From contig OX597823.1 of the NCBI GenBank assembly GCA_951406725.2, forward strand, positions 44,640,001 to 44,704,000: a stretch of 64,000 nt of DNA, in the 5' to 3' direction. Source of the DNA: Octopus vulgaris (lineage: Eukaryota). Numbering within the stretch: position 1 is the stretch's first letter; the number at the start of each line of letters is the position of its first letter. Made by a program: the position numbers and the translations under genes. The notes below the pieces were generated by a model, which did no database searches, had not been told where the DNA came from, and saw only the letters and a list, made by a program, of their open reading frames with translations. Shown in pieces: positions 1-12,354 of the stretch.

Positions 1-46
1 ACCTTCGAACAAGGGAGGTCAGTCGCTCCACACTACTTGACCGGCA

Positions 47-88
47 GCTACAGACGCGTTTCGGAGTATTGCCCCTTTTCAATGCAGC
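47..88 (-). ncRNA. Minimal type I hammerhead ribozyme, U3-A8 core variant (inverted copy)
   Basis: Reverse complement of the 453-494 motif. Confidence 0.7.
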
Positions 89-452
89 GTAGCCAGCCAG
101 TAGGTGTCGCTTCCGACAATCTCTGTTCGATGGTTTTATTTACCTAGTTTCGGTGGAATACATCCACTTGTTTTCAATAATAGAAATATTAAAATAACTA
201 AGTCTCTCTAAAAGAGAACAGCGGCAGCGTTCCCGGAAAATAATAGTTATCGCCATACTAATATGGCATTCTTATAAAAATAAGAAAAAAGCTGTCCGCT
301 TATTAGCTCCATGAGGCCATCGCCTTAAGTTAGAGAGACTTAGTTATTTTAATATTTCTATTATTGAAAACAAGTGGATGTATTCCACCGAAACTAAGTA
401 AATAAAACCATCGAACAGAGATTGTCGGAAGCGACACCTACTGGCTGGCTAC

Positions 453-494
453 GCTGCATTGAAAAGGGGCAATACTCCGAAACGCGTCTGTAGC
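453..494 (+). ncRNA. Minimal type I hammerhead ribozyme, U3-A8 core variant
   Basis: Stem I GCTGCA/TGTAGC; core TTGAAAA; stem II GGGG-caata-CTCC; GAAA; palindromic stem III ACGCGT; GTC triplet with predicted cut after 488. Confidence 0.72.
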
Positions 495-814
495 TGCCGG
501 TCAAGTAGTGTGGGGCGACTGACCTCCCTTGTTCGAAGGTTATATGGATACAGTTTGTGTATCAAATAGCTAACTTAAGGCGATGGCCTCATGGAGCTAA
601 TAAGCGGACAGCTTTTTTCTTATTTTTATAAGAATGCCATATTAGTATGGCGATAACTATTATTTTCCGGGAACGCTGCCGCTGTTCTCTTTTAGAGAGA
701 CTTAGTTATTTTAATATTTCTATTATTGAAAACAAGTGGATGTATTCCACCGAAACTAGGTAAATAAAACCATCGAACAGAGATTGTCGGAAGCGACACC
801 TACTGGCTGGCTAC

Positions 815-856
815 GCTGCATTGAAAAGGGGCAATACTCCGAAACGCGTCTGTAGC
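815..856 (+). ncRNA. Minimal type I hammerhead ribozyme, U3-A8 core variant (second tandem copy)
   Basis: Same motif as 453-494, offset by 362 bp. Confidence 0.72.
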
Positions 857-1019
857 TGCCGGTCAAGTAGTGTGGAGCGACTGACCTCCCTTGTTCGAAG
901 GTTATATGGATACAGTTTGTGTATCAAATAGCTAACTTAAGGCGATGGCCTCATGGAGCTAATAAGCGGACAGCTTTTTTCTTATTTTTATAAGAATGCC
1001 ATATTAGTATGGCGATAAC

Positions 1020-1109
<90 letters not shown>

Positions 1110-1449
1110 GTACAGTGGTGGTCAGGGTTCTGCCAATCCGCTAACAGCTAATTAGCGAAGCTAACTTTTCGTTTAGCGGATTAGCGTTTTCGATAACTTT
1201 GGAAACCGTCAGCTTGGAAACTGTTGGAGCACAACCCGATTTAATATGAAATCAACCTAAATTTAGGTTTATTATCTTTAAGTCAACTAACAAAATTCAT
1301 ACGTTAATTCCTGTTTGTCGTGGCCGTGTCTCGAAGAAGTCCGTCAGGCTATTGGCGTGTTCACTTACGACGTTGTAACATTACAGACAGTCTTACAGTT
1401 TCAGCGACACCAGTGTACGTTGCCGGCTTCTCAGTTATCACTTATCGTT

Positions 1450-2084
1450 ATGAAAGGTGAAGACGCTTTTGCTCGGTCTGAGGATAAAGAGTCTGTTGAG
1501 GAGTCTGCAACGGCTGTGGGTGAGGTAGAGTTCGCTCAGGTTGAGAGCCAGGAGTCTCAAAGGCCGTGGCCCCACATGGAGGACTACTTTGTCCTTACCT
1601 CAAGGGATAAGAGGAACGCCAAAATCCTGTACTTCCGGTGCGTCATGTGCCATCCCGAGGAGACCACCATCAAGGGACAAGCTGGGAGCCTCTACAACTT
1701 GAAGTCGAATGTCAAGAGAAAACACTCAGCGCATACCATCCAGTTTGAGGAGAGGATCAAAGCCGTCTTTTCCCGTGGGAAACACAGACAATCTTCTGGT
1801 AGCAGTGCTAGTAGCCAGCCGTCGCAGTCATGTGCAAAGAAAGCACGCCAGCCCAGCATTGTCGAAGCGTTTACTCAAACTGCCGGCATTGGCGTCCGTC
1901 AGTCTATAGCGGACAGAAGGATTGTAGCCCTGTTTGTCGACAAGCTGCCGCTGCATGTAGTGGGGTCCTCCATCTTGGTCGGTCTGATCAAGACGCTAAA
2001 CCCCAGCAAGACATCGATGTCCCACTGCACTCTGGGCAGGATGATCTTGGCCAGCCATAAACAGCTGAAGGAGTACATTACGAG
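1450..2084 (+). pseudogene. hAT transposase exon 1 (BED zinc finger)
   Basis: W..YF...CVMC...NLKSNVKRKH BED-like motif. Ends at donor AG|GTATTT (2084/2085). Confidence 0.8.
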
Positions 2085-3158
2085 GTATTTATAAATTAAA
2101 ATTATACAAGATTATCAAATTATTATTTTGGCGTATTTCATATTTTTTTTACTTCAATATAATTATTTAATTATTTATTAAATAACTATTTTCATAATTA
2201 ATGCAATAAAATGTATAATAGCTAATTGAAATAAATGTCATAATATATGATATACGCACAGCAAAACATCAGTCACTAATGAAATAACAAATAAACGAAC
2301 CCTAGGTTCTGAACTTATCAAATTTCGACCATCATTCCATCCCTCATCTCAGTAATTCATCCCCCTCAACAAGTCACCTATCAAGGTAGTGTCACTATTT
2401 TCAAAAGTTTGATCACAAGGCTTTAAATTATAAGCAATATTTCCATGAATTTAGAACAGCCTAGTAACAAATGTTAAACTACAATCTGTGTGATTTCGAT
2501 AAACAAAATATGGTTATAAGATACTGCGATCAAATGTCCTGCCTTCTTCCTACCCGCGAAAAATTGTACAAACCACGTGTTCACAGAAACCATTGCAGCT
2601 TGCGTGGAGATGCAGATGAGAGGCTAGTCTTTTTTTTTTTTTTTTAGTTTTAGTACGCCTTGACCATACTCTGCGTCAGTTTATATATAGTGACGGTGAA
2701 TTATTTCCTTGTTGGTTTTATATTGCTGCTAGCCACTTTGATTCTTTTATAATTTTCACATTGCCATTTTGTGAAATCAATCACTGATTCCAGTGGTATT
2801 CTCCATAATATTGACAAGGTGATTTTGCCTCTACCAGCTGTGATGGAGTGAGCATTACTGATGAGTATTAATTTCCTATACGAAATTAGCATGCTAATCT
2901 AACGCATCTCGCTCAGAGTGGGGAGGGTTTTCTCCCCTGTCAATACAAAGAGATCATGTGATTTTGTGGCTAAGGAGTCTACGACTACTATTTTTAGCAA
3001 TGCTGGTGCTCACTGCACCCTTGTCAATCTTAGTGACGGGGAATTATTTTCTTGTTGGTTTGAAATTGCTGCTTGCCACCTTGATTATATACATATAATT
3101 CGAAGTTTTTAACTTTAGAAATCATGTCTCTTTACAATTTAACATTTTAAAATTACAG

Positions 3159-3750
3159 ATTGCTCAAGGATGTCCCCTGGATGGCGACAACCGCGGACTG
3201 TTGGTCGGCCCACAACAGATCCTACCTGGTGATGACGGCACACTGGCTGGACCCCAACACGCCGACCTGGCCTACTCTCGGCTCAGACGACATCACACTT
3301 TTGATGTTCTCACCCAAGGATGGTGGACATCCATAAAAAGTTCCATCTGCAAGACAGGGTTACCAGAACCACGATGGATAGCGGCAAAAACTTCGTTAAG
3401 GCATTTATGCAGTTTAGTACAAAAGTTGATTTCTTACCAGACATTCCTGAAGCTGTTGCCGATCCACGCCAAGTTGCACTTGTTCTGGCTGGAGCAGTAT
3501 AATAACAGCAGATTAGCCCACTTCTATCTACTGAAAGCAGAACAGATTTAACTGTCCACTGTTCTTGTGCTGAACAAAAGGCCATATCAGATGTTATGAT
3601 TTAAAGACTTCTACATAGTAACAGAGGGAGACGTCCACTCATCTACATTGATGCTATTGGTAGAGACAAACAACATGAAACTGAGAACTTATCAAAACTA
3701 ATGGTGGTCAGAAATTCCTGGCTCGATGCAGTGGAACGTATCTTAGTTAC
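3159..3750 (+). pseudogene. hAT transposase exon 2 remnant (catalytic core, frameshifted)
   Basis: After the TTACAG acceptor it reads LLKDVPWMATTADCWSAHNRSYLVMTAHWLD, then TTMDSGKNFVKAF and RNSWLDAVERIL in shifted frames. Confidence 0.8.
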
Positions 3751-3814
3751 GGTTGCTACAAGAATATATATATGTATATACATACATACATACATACATG
3801 GCTATGTACCTATT

Positions 3815-3915
<101 letters not shown>

Positions 3916-4321
3916 ATGTCTGTCTGTCTATCTGTGAACATGTCTCAGTTTCGACGACGAAAATTTTGACAATTTCACAAATGGGAGTCGTCCTGAAAGC
4001 GGTATGTCGCAGCGAACTGGCGAACAAGCATAGTAGATACATTGAGTATGTGTGGTCGATGATGCTTTTATTTCGTAATTGAAACTTATAAATGTTTAAA
4101 TGAATTTGACGGTTTTTGTGTGTTTCTGAATGTCTAATGTCTTTCACGCTGGAATCGCTATATAAATATACATACATACATATATACATACATATATACA
4201 CGCACATACATACATACATAATACATACATACATACATACATACATACATCCATCCATACATACATACATACACACATACATACATGCATACATGCATAC
4301 ATACATACATACATACATACA

Positions 4322-4353
<32 letters not shown>

Positions 4354-4360
4354 AATATAT

Positions 4361-4755
4361 GGAGTGGCTTTGTGGTAAGTAGCTTGCTTACCAACCTCAT
4401 GGATCCGGGTTCAGTCCCGCTGCGTGGCATCTTGGGCAAGTGTCTTCTATTATAGCCTCGGGTCGGCCAAAGCCTTGTGAGTGGATTTGGTAGACGGAAA
4501 CTGAAAGAGGCCCGTCGTATATATGTATATATATGTGTGTATGTTTGTGTGTCTGTGTTTGTCCCCCTAGCATTGCTTGACAAACCGATGCTGGTGTGTT
4601 TACGTCGCCGTCACTTAGCGGTTCGGCAAAAGGGACCGATAGAATAAGGACTGGGCTTACAAAGAATAAGTCCCGGGGTCGGCTTGCTCGACTCAAGGCG
4701 GTGCTCCAGCATGGCCGCGGTCAAATGACTGAAACAAGTAAAATAGTAAAAGAGT
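4361..4755 (+). mobile_element. tRNA-derived CORE-type SINE, family A (octopus OR/OK-like)
   Basis: tRNA-like head with GGGTTCAGTCCC B box, CORE-like TGGCATCTTGGGCAAGT, internal (TA/TG)n and (GAGTAAAA)n tail. About a dozen copies in the window. Confidence 0.85.
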
Positions 4756-4789
4756 ATGTGTTTATTTATTTATCTATTTATATATATGT

Positions 4790-6900
4790 TCTCTTGTTTT
4801 TAAACATTAAAATTCTTCCACTGAGGAAGGAGCTGGTTTCTAACAAAGATACAGAGCTCCAGTGTTGGAATGTAGATAGCAAAAACAATGTCCCATTTTT
4901 AATTTGAGAAAAAGTCTTCCATAATTTTCCTGTACCACTTACAGATTCTATTTATAATGTGCGAGTTGGTTGGTTGATTCCTTTTACGTTTTTTTGAAAA
5001 CCACATTTTATCCAGAAAGTCAGGCATTTACTCACAACACCAAGTGCATTAATTATTTTTGGTATAAATGTGAATTTATAATCTGGATATAGAAGCTGGA
5101 GGCTTTGAAACAGTTGTCCATATTTATCCTCTTTCTCTTTGATTTTCAAAGAGGTATTCACATTAGCATGCACCACTATGACGGTGCATACTCTTCCTTG
5201 TTGTCCCAGATAACAATATCTGGCCAGTTATGTTTACACTTGACAAATGTTTTGAAGAGAATTTTCCATCAATATTCCTTGTGCTGATTTTTGTGTGCGT
5301 ATTCAGTAAGAAAGGGATTCTCTATATATATTTCAGGACAGTCTTTTTTTTTTTTTCGGAATGGCATTGTATATTGTTTTTGTGACAACGTCGTGTCACA
5401 TAGGGAGGTAGTGCCTTGATGACAACTTTTGGGCAGCTGCTAATCACATGTGTCTTGTCTTCCACAGAAATATGACATAATCTGCATTTTCATTTGCAAC
5501 TTGGAGCTCCAATGGCTTCACCGTCTCTTGTTTATTGGGTATTTCGTAGCAACCTTCTGTTCCTAGATTGCCAATGCATAACCTTCGAAGTGTGAAGTGA
5601 TATAGTGGTCACGGATCCAAGAGAGGCTGCGCTTCATGTCTTCAAGTCTTTGGGAAACATACCCATGCATAGTCTTTTTTTTTTTTTTTGGTATGCAGAG
5701 TGTTTGGAGGCGCAATGGTCCAGTAGTTCGGGCAGCGGACTCACGGTCGTAGGATCGCGGTTTCGATTCACAGACCGGGCGTTGTGTGTGTTTATTGAGC
5801 AAAAACACCTAAAGCTCCACGAGGCTCCGGCAGGAGGTGGTGGCGACCCCTGTTGTACTCTTTCGTCCCAACTTCCTCTCACTCTTTCTTCCTGTTTCTT
5901 GAGTAACGCTGCGATGGACTAGCATCCCGTCCAGCTGGGGAGAACACATATACGCCACAGAAACCGGGAAACCGGACCCATGAGCCTGGCTAGGCTTGAT
6001 AAGGGCGAAAAAAAATAATGCTGAGTGTTTCACATCCATGTCTTATTTGAAGTATGTTGGTCCAGTTGTTTTGAGGTCATCAAGAAGAGAGTGTTTCCTG
6101 AGGAGCTCCCTGCCAACACGTAGGATATTGTCTCTTCATTTTCCAGCACTAAATTAATGTAGTTTTGCTTTTGTTTAACAAATACTGTCTGAGGGAGATT
6201 ATTTGACATTTGAAGGCTGTCTGCACTAATCTCAAGCCTCTAACTCCTTCGTTACTCCTTAGGTAGATTTTGTCGATATCATTATTTCTGCCGAGTTTTC
6301 AGTTGGAATCAGGATCTTGCGGGTTTTAACGTCAATGGTGTAGATTTCCTCTACAGACCAGTCAAGTATCCCAAATGTGGGAATGAACACTGGTACTTCC
6401 AGTGCATTGTGGATGTTGTCTTGTAATAAATGAGTTCCGACTGCCATATTTTTCTTAGTCTGGCATAATATTCTCGGGTCACTCTATCTTTAGTCACAGT
6501 ACCTTCGTATGATATATTTTCATCAATGCCTAGGTTCTTGTAGCATTCTTTGTGTGAGATAGGAAAGACAATGAGACCATTAATGCACAGGTAGGTCTGA
6601 GAAACTGATTTTTCCCGTTCGGTAGTCAAATATGAAAATTTCTTTTGGCCAAATTCCATTCCTATGTCATTTGCAAACGCTGTTATTAATTCAAGCTGTG
6701 TTTATTTTTCTTTTTGCATTATTAATGTTTTTAGTAAATCTTGAGGCCTTCCACAAAGAAATTATGGGTCACATTAATATCTAAAGTGGTTGCACACCCA
6801 AGCATGTAGCCATTTGATTTTTTTTTTGCAGCAATGATAATGAATCTAATGCCAAAATGAAAAGAAATACAGACTACCTCCTTGGAATATTCCCTTTGAA
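4790..6900 (-). mobile_element. R4/Dong-like RLE LINE fragment (RT end, CCHC, PD-(D/E)xK nuclease), degraded
   Basis: Minus-strand peptides GIFQGG, YKNLGIDENISY, HFEGYALAI and YPDYKFTFIPKIINALG. Interrupted by a SINE and next to (TATG)n. Confidence 0.85.
5706..6017 (+). mobile_element. tRNA-derived SINE with V-domain-like centre
   Basis: tRNA-like head, GCGATGGACTAGCATCCCGTCCAG motif and A-tail. 13-bp TSD ATGC(A/T)GAGTGTTT at 5693-5705 and 6018-6030. Confidence 0.8.
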
Positions 6901-6927
6901 ATATTTATAACATATGCACGTATGTAC

Positions 6928-6958
<31 letters not shown>

Positions 6959-7600
6959 TGTATGTATGTATGTATGTATGTATGTATGTATGCATATATG
7001 TATTATGTATGTATGTATGTGTGCGCGCGAGTGCGTGCGTAGACGTGCGTGTATGTATGTGTGGATGGATGTGTATATATGTATGTATTTAGATAGATAT
7101 AAAGTTAGTGCGTTTTGTACATACACATACACACACACACACGTACATACATATATACATACATACATGCATATATGCATAAATACATATATATACATAC
7201 ATGCATGCATACATACATACATACATACATACATACATACATACATACATACATAGGCACACACACACAAATGCAAATTTTATATTAGTTCCGCCGAATT
7301 TTCGTTTCCGCTAACCAGTGCTGCGTGGTAATTTTCCGTTAAGAACTAGGTTCGAGTCAATATTTCATAAATTGTCCGACATATTTGCCCAAAAAGCTGT
7401 GACTTTATGTCAAAAGTGAGTCTCAACATGCCTGAAATAGCAGTCGAATTTCCTCAACTCAAACTCGTTTTGCATTTTATAAAAGAAAGGAATAATTTAT
7501 ATCATGTAATCTTTGGTCTCTTAAAAAGACGGGGTCGTAACGGCTGGAATTTCATTATTATAGAACCGCTCAGTCATAGTTAGTTTTAGGCTAAATATTG

Positions 7601-7823
7601 CTACCAAATTTTGGCACAAGGCCTGCAATTTGGGGGGAGGGATGAGTCGATTACATCGGACCCAGTGTTCAACTGGTATTTATTTTGTTGACCCCAACCT
7701 CGAAAGGAGGAAAAGGCAATGTCGACCTTGGCGGTACTTGAAATCAGAACGTAAAAATGAACGAAATGCAGCTAAGCATTTTGTCCGGCGTGCCAACAAT
7801 TCTGCTAGATCTCCGCCTTAATC
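7601..7823 (-). mobile_element. SINE family B (Meta-domain-like centre)
   Basis: Matches other family B copies. 16-bp TSD TTTAGGCTAAATATTG at 7585-7600 and 7824-7839. Confidence 0.8.
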
Positions 7824-8815
7824 TTTAGGCTAAATATTGGAGTCCAATGTATCGTCCGCTAGCGGCATACAAACCAAATCTCACTACAAACGATATACTG
7901 AATTTTAATGTCTTTTCAGACACTGATGTCCGAAACAGCCAGCAGGTTTGACGTCTGCTGCTGAGGAGGCGATGTACGTCGAAATTACATGACCTTGCAT
8001 TTCCGGTACCGGTGAAAACAATTCTCGTCTGCCAACGATATAAATATGTGCGCTTTTATACACCTTGCGCTCATGTGAGAGGTTCTCTCAAGGTAAATAA
8101 CGCAGTATTCTGTGTTCAAACAAAACATCTACTTTAAGCTGGATATAAAGATTATCTTTTGGTGTTAAAACTACTTCTATCGCCAATAATTATTATTTAC
8201 GAATAATGTTTATTCAATATAATTTGCCTAATTACAGATGAAATAAACTAAGGGGAATAACACAGATGGACTAATGGCATGAATTTGGAAATTAAGCTAA
8301 AGGATAATATACTGAAAAGCGTACGCATTCGGTACATCACTCCTTTCTTTTAATTAAATTAGTTGATTCACTTACTTCAGTGCAGTCCATCCGGCGTTTT
8401 ACGTCGGATTGGTAATACCTGAAATTTCAGTTAATTAAGAATTCTTATGCATACGAGAGTATTTTAAGTATAATGCTGCAATAAGCAGCTGCAACTTGTA
8501 CTGGATACCATTCTTATAACACAAACCAGATACGTTACTAAGAAACCATCCATTGTTGTTAGTGAGCGGCTACTGCAAGGCTTGTAACTTGGTGGAATCA
8601 AACTCAGAATGAACTTAGTAAAACTCAATTTAGAGCAAACTTCGTATGCAAGGTTCCCATTGGTTCCCAATGACGGAACCTGTATGTAGTTGTTGGATCT
8701 ACTAGAAATAGCAGTTAAATCACTGACATAACAACTTCCTTTCGTCTTAAAAAGCGGTAGGAATGGAGGAAGATAATACAGTCCTAATTATACTATAAAA
8801 CAAAAAAGACTATAT

Positions 8816-9163
8816 CAGGGGTTCTGAACCATTTTTATCTATGGACCCCTTTAATTACTATTTTATTCTGGTTGGACCTCCATAACCATTCAATGTTTAA
8901 GAACTAGTTAGATAGAAGCTTTTTTCAAATTTCCTGTTTTGTTTTTCACACATTTCCTTGTGTAGGTTGAACTATGTAAAATGTTAGAGAAAGAAACCTA
9001 GCTGTTTCTTGCAATACATACCAATACATAAATATAAAGCAACATTTTTCCTGGGCCCTTAAAATGCTATTGTGGATCTCCAATTTACTATTTTGTTGCA
9101 TGGACCCACAAAGATCTTATGGGGACCCTCAAGGGCCATATGGACTCCAGTTGAGAACTACTG
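8816..9163. mobile_element. hAT (Charlie-like) MITE
   Basis: TIRs CAGGGGTTCTGAAC / GTTGAGAACTACTG, 8-bp TSD GACTATAT/GGCTATAT and repeated ATGGACCC subterminal motifs. Confidence 0.85.
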
Positions 9164-9373
9164 GGCTATATGACTACGGCTGGAATGCTTTTTAATCATA
9201 GTTCTACTCAAGTCAAGATAACCTAGAGCTAAACAAGCTCGGTAATAACGAGTGACTGGCAAAAGATCTATGTGTTGATTCTAACAGTAAATGTCTTATA
9301 ATATTCTGCCTTAATTACCAAGCAACAATGAATCGAAGTTATCGAATGTCACTGAAACTGGATAGAACTAATA

Positions 9374-9640
9374 AGCGGCGAATTGGCAGAGGTGTTAGAG
9401 CGTCGGACAGAATACTACGCAGTATTTGTCCTGGATCTGCACTCTGAGTTCTAGGTTCAAAACCCACCGAGGTCAACTTTACTTTTCATCCTTTCAGAGC
9501 CTATAAAAAGTATTAATCTAAGGTGGTGGATTAGCGGAAGTGTAAAAACGTCAGATCGGATGCCTTGTGGTATCTATTTGCTCCAATTCTTTGCGTTCAG
9601 AGTTGAAATCAATCCCACCATGTCTTACTTGGGGGATAGA
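9374..9640 (+). mobile_element. Two degraded SINE family B copies
   Basis: GGCGAATTGGCAGA head and GAGGTCAACTTTACTTTTCATCCTTTC centre. Confidence 0.6.
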
Positions 9641-11137
9641 TTTAACCATTAGTGGAATCTACTCTGTTACAAGAATCCAAGATAGGCACACGGTTTTGAG
9701 AATATTTTCCTCCTTTCTTTCACTAGTCTGATAGTGAGCAGAATACCTTAATCTCTAAGCCACGCACTTTCACAACATATTAATAACTTATCCATCACAA
9801 CAAGAACACTCTTAAATTTGAACTACATGTAGTAGGCGCAAAGATTTTTTTCTTTATAAAAATTCCCGGTTAAAATGACGGACATGTTTTCCGTGAATTA
9901 CTAAAGAGTGAATCACAGAAGAAAAATCAAAACAATTAGGTTATGAATAGTCCCTTACCAAAACAGCCGAAAGTTATTTAGTAAAAACAAAACTGGAATG
10001 TAAACAAACAATATAACCGAGATATGTGGTAATTCCAGAGAATCTCTAAGGATTTATAGCATCATCAGAAGCATTCCATGGCGAGGGCGAGTAGTTGAAA
10101 TATTGCAGACCAGAAAATCACCTGGGAGCGTTGAGAGACTTGCTAGTTAGATATTGGTGGGAAAATCTCACAAAGAAAAACTAATAGCGACCTTGACAAA
10201 CTATTCGGGTTAGTAATTGCATAAAGAACACAAATAACTAAAAACTGATGAAAAATGTAGGGCTGTTTAATGTGTAAATATCCCAAACTACAATATTATT
10301 AAACTGCTCACTAATTGTTTGAATTTTTGTTTTCAGAACCACTACGAAACACATGTTTGTTAAATAAATGAAGAAAGAAGTGGGTTAGGAACTCTGATTG
10401 ATTGCATTTTCTAAGTAAAACTATTTGTTGATATTTAATATGATTGTTACCAGAATATTTTCGCTGATGAGATTTAATAGTACTGAAATATATCTACAGT
10501 TGTCACCATACTTCCAAAATCAGACCCATTCATCCCTACAGTATATTTTTAAAAAATCTTAATACGTCTAAAACACCAGGGTTTGACGCTTTTGTCCTTC
10601 TTGACCAGAAAAAGACAACATCATAATTTTTCTTGTCACAATGTATCTAATTTTAAGGAAGCAAAATCTTTTGGCGCGCAACATTATGTTAGTGCCCACA
10701 TTGGGAGGCATAGGCTTTTTAAATGTTTGCGTTCTTAGAAAAGCTAAACTAAAATCAGTTAAATAAACGGTGAAAAATATAAATAGCAGACTACCTATAA
10801 TTACTGATGTCAACCACAGACAATTCACTGTACCTGTAAAAAAGTAACAACTATATAAATATATTATAGCTTGGTATATTTGTTGGCATATTGATAGAAG
10901 ATTATTTAAAAACATCTGCGAGTTTTATTCTCTACATCAGCCTTGCTCACGTTGTTGTATTTTAACAAATTAAAGTTACAATTAATCCCAAAACATAATA
11001 AAGTTCATATATGCAGCTGTTTAAAAAGAAAGTCTATCTAATTAGCTAATTAGAACATAAAAAAACGGAAAGCCAAAGAATATCTAAGAATTTTACAAAG
11101 GTCACTATATGTATATGTGAAAAAGAACCTAAAGTAG

Positions 11138-11169
<32 letters not shown>

Positions 11170-11329
11170 TGTATGTATGTGTTTTCATTGAGTTCCATTT
11201 TAAGTTCTTAAGAGAGTTCAAGACAAGACTTTTTGAGTAGAGTTTCCGGTGTTTGTAAATATATGGTCGAGTTGGTGTGTTAGTTGAGGTGTCGATGCAT
11301 ACACCCAAATATGTGCATCTTTTCACATA

Positions 11330-11790
11330 GGAATCTCATCCAACCGAACATGCTTTGGTATTTCTCAGAGTAGAAAAATTTCTGCCAGGATCAGATGATG
11401 AACACACAGAATAACCGCTGGCTTGCCGTGTCCCCAAAACATATACCGAGAGTGAGAGTGATAAAAATCAAACATCCAGTCAACATCATGGTGTTTGGAA
11501 TGATCTCTAGTGACGGCGACGTTATGCCTCCATTTGTTTTCACACACAGCCTCAGACTCAACACAGAGGGGGGGGGGGCAACTGAGTGAGAGACTAACAA
11601 AATTCCTTGTAACACCAACGATGAACTGAAGGCAACTTAAATAAGGAAAACGTCCAGAAGAGTTACAGGAAATTCCGAAGTCGTCTGAAGGCTGCAGTTG
11701 AAACCAATGGCGATTTTATTGAATAAGTTTACTCTTTAGTATTTTAAGATATTTTTATGTAACTTTGGTAAATATATCTCTTAAAAAGAA
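11330..11790 (+). mobile_element. Tc1/mariner-superfamily transposase fragment
   Basis: NTQNNRWLA...KHPVNIMVFGMISSDGDVMPPFVF, followed after a deletion by a C-terminal FRSRLKAAVETNGDFIE segment. Confidence 0.7.
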
Positions 11791-12259
11791 GAGTGTATAA
11801 TTGTGAATAAATCGCAACTATAACGGAGGGGTTTGTAAAAACCTTTACATGTCTAGAAATAGCAGTCAAAACCGCTATAAAGCCACTATAAACACTCGTA
11901 CCATATCTCTTCACAATAAAAGCTGTCGGCGGGCGACATAAAATTCAAAATCTAAATAAAAATAAAAGGTTAGTCCTCTATTGCAATTTCGAAGATAGGA
12001 ACCAAAAAGGCTCCACTCTTCTCATCAAGAGAACATTTATGTAGAGAGAAATTAACACAAAAAATACTTTGGGGCTTAACATGTGTCCCGACTGGCAAGA
12101 ATAATGTGTCAACCTCTATCTACAGAAAACCCAGATATGAGTGAAGAATTAAATAATAAAAGAGGAATGTAAAAATACATTACGCAGGATATATCGTAAA
12201 CAATTCAAAATTATTCACAAATATATCAGTGGCCAGAACATGCAATCAAAATTTTTTTC

Positions 12260-12310
<51 letters not shown>

Positions 12311-12354
12311 TGTGTGTAACTGTGTGTGGGTATTTAAGTATACATATATATATT

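Larger units (their letters stand above)
1..1020 (+). repeat. 362-bp tandem repeat (about 1.9 direct copies, 331-1020) preceded by an inverted copy (1-333); PLE pseudo-LTR or non-LTR retrozyme architecture
   Basis: TAGAGAGACT recurs at 331 and 693, and GTTCGAAGGT ends at 540 and 902 (period 362). 1-333 is the reverse complement of the unit. Copies are nearly identical and the array ends in (TA)n. Confidence 0.9.
1113..3755 (+). mobile_element. hAT DNA transposon, 3'-truncated and degraded
   Basis: Starts CAGTGGTGG with subterminal GCTAA/TTAGC repeats and encodes BED-finger and hAT catalytic motifs. No right TIR is seen. Confidence 0.85.

Noticed and set aside
1-1020. CRISPR array or simple satellite
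   Set aside because: There is no repeat-spacer alternation, the context is eukaryotic, and the unit carries a ribozyme fold with PLE-type inversion.
4361-4430. tRNA gene
   Set aside because: The A/B-box head continues into SINE body and tail in many copies, and no complete cloverleaf is evident.
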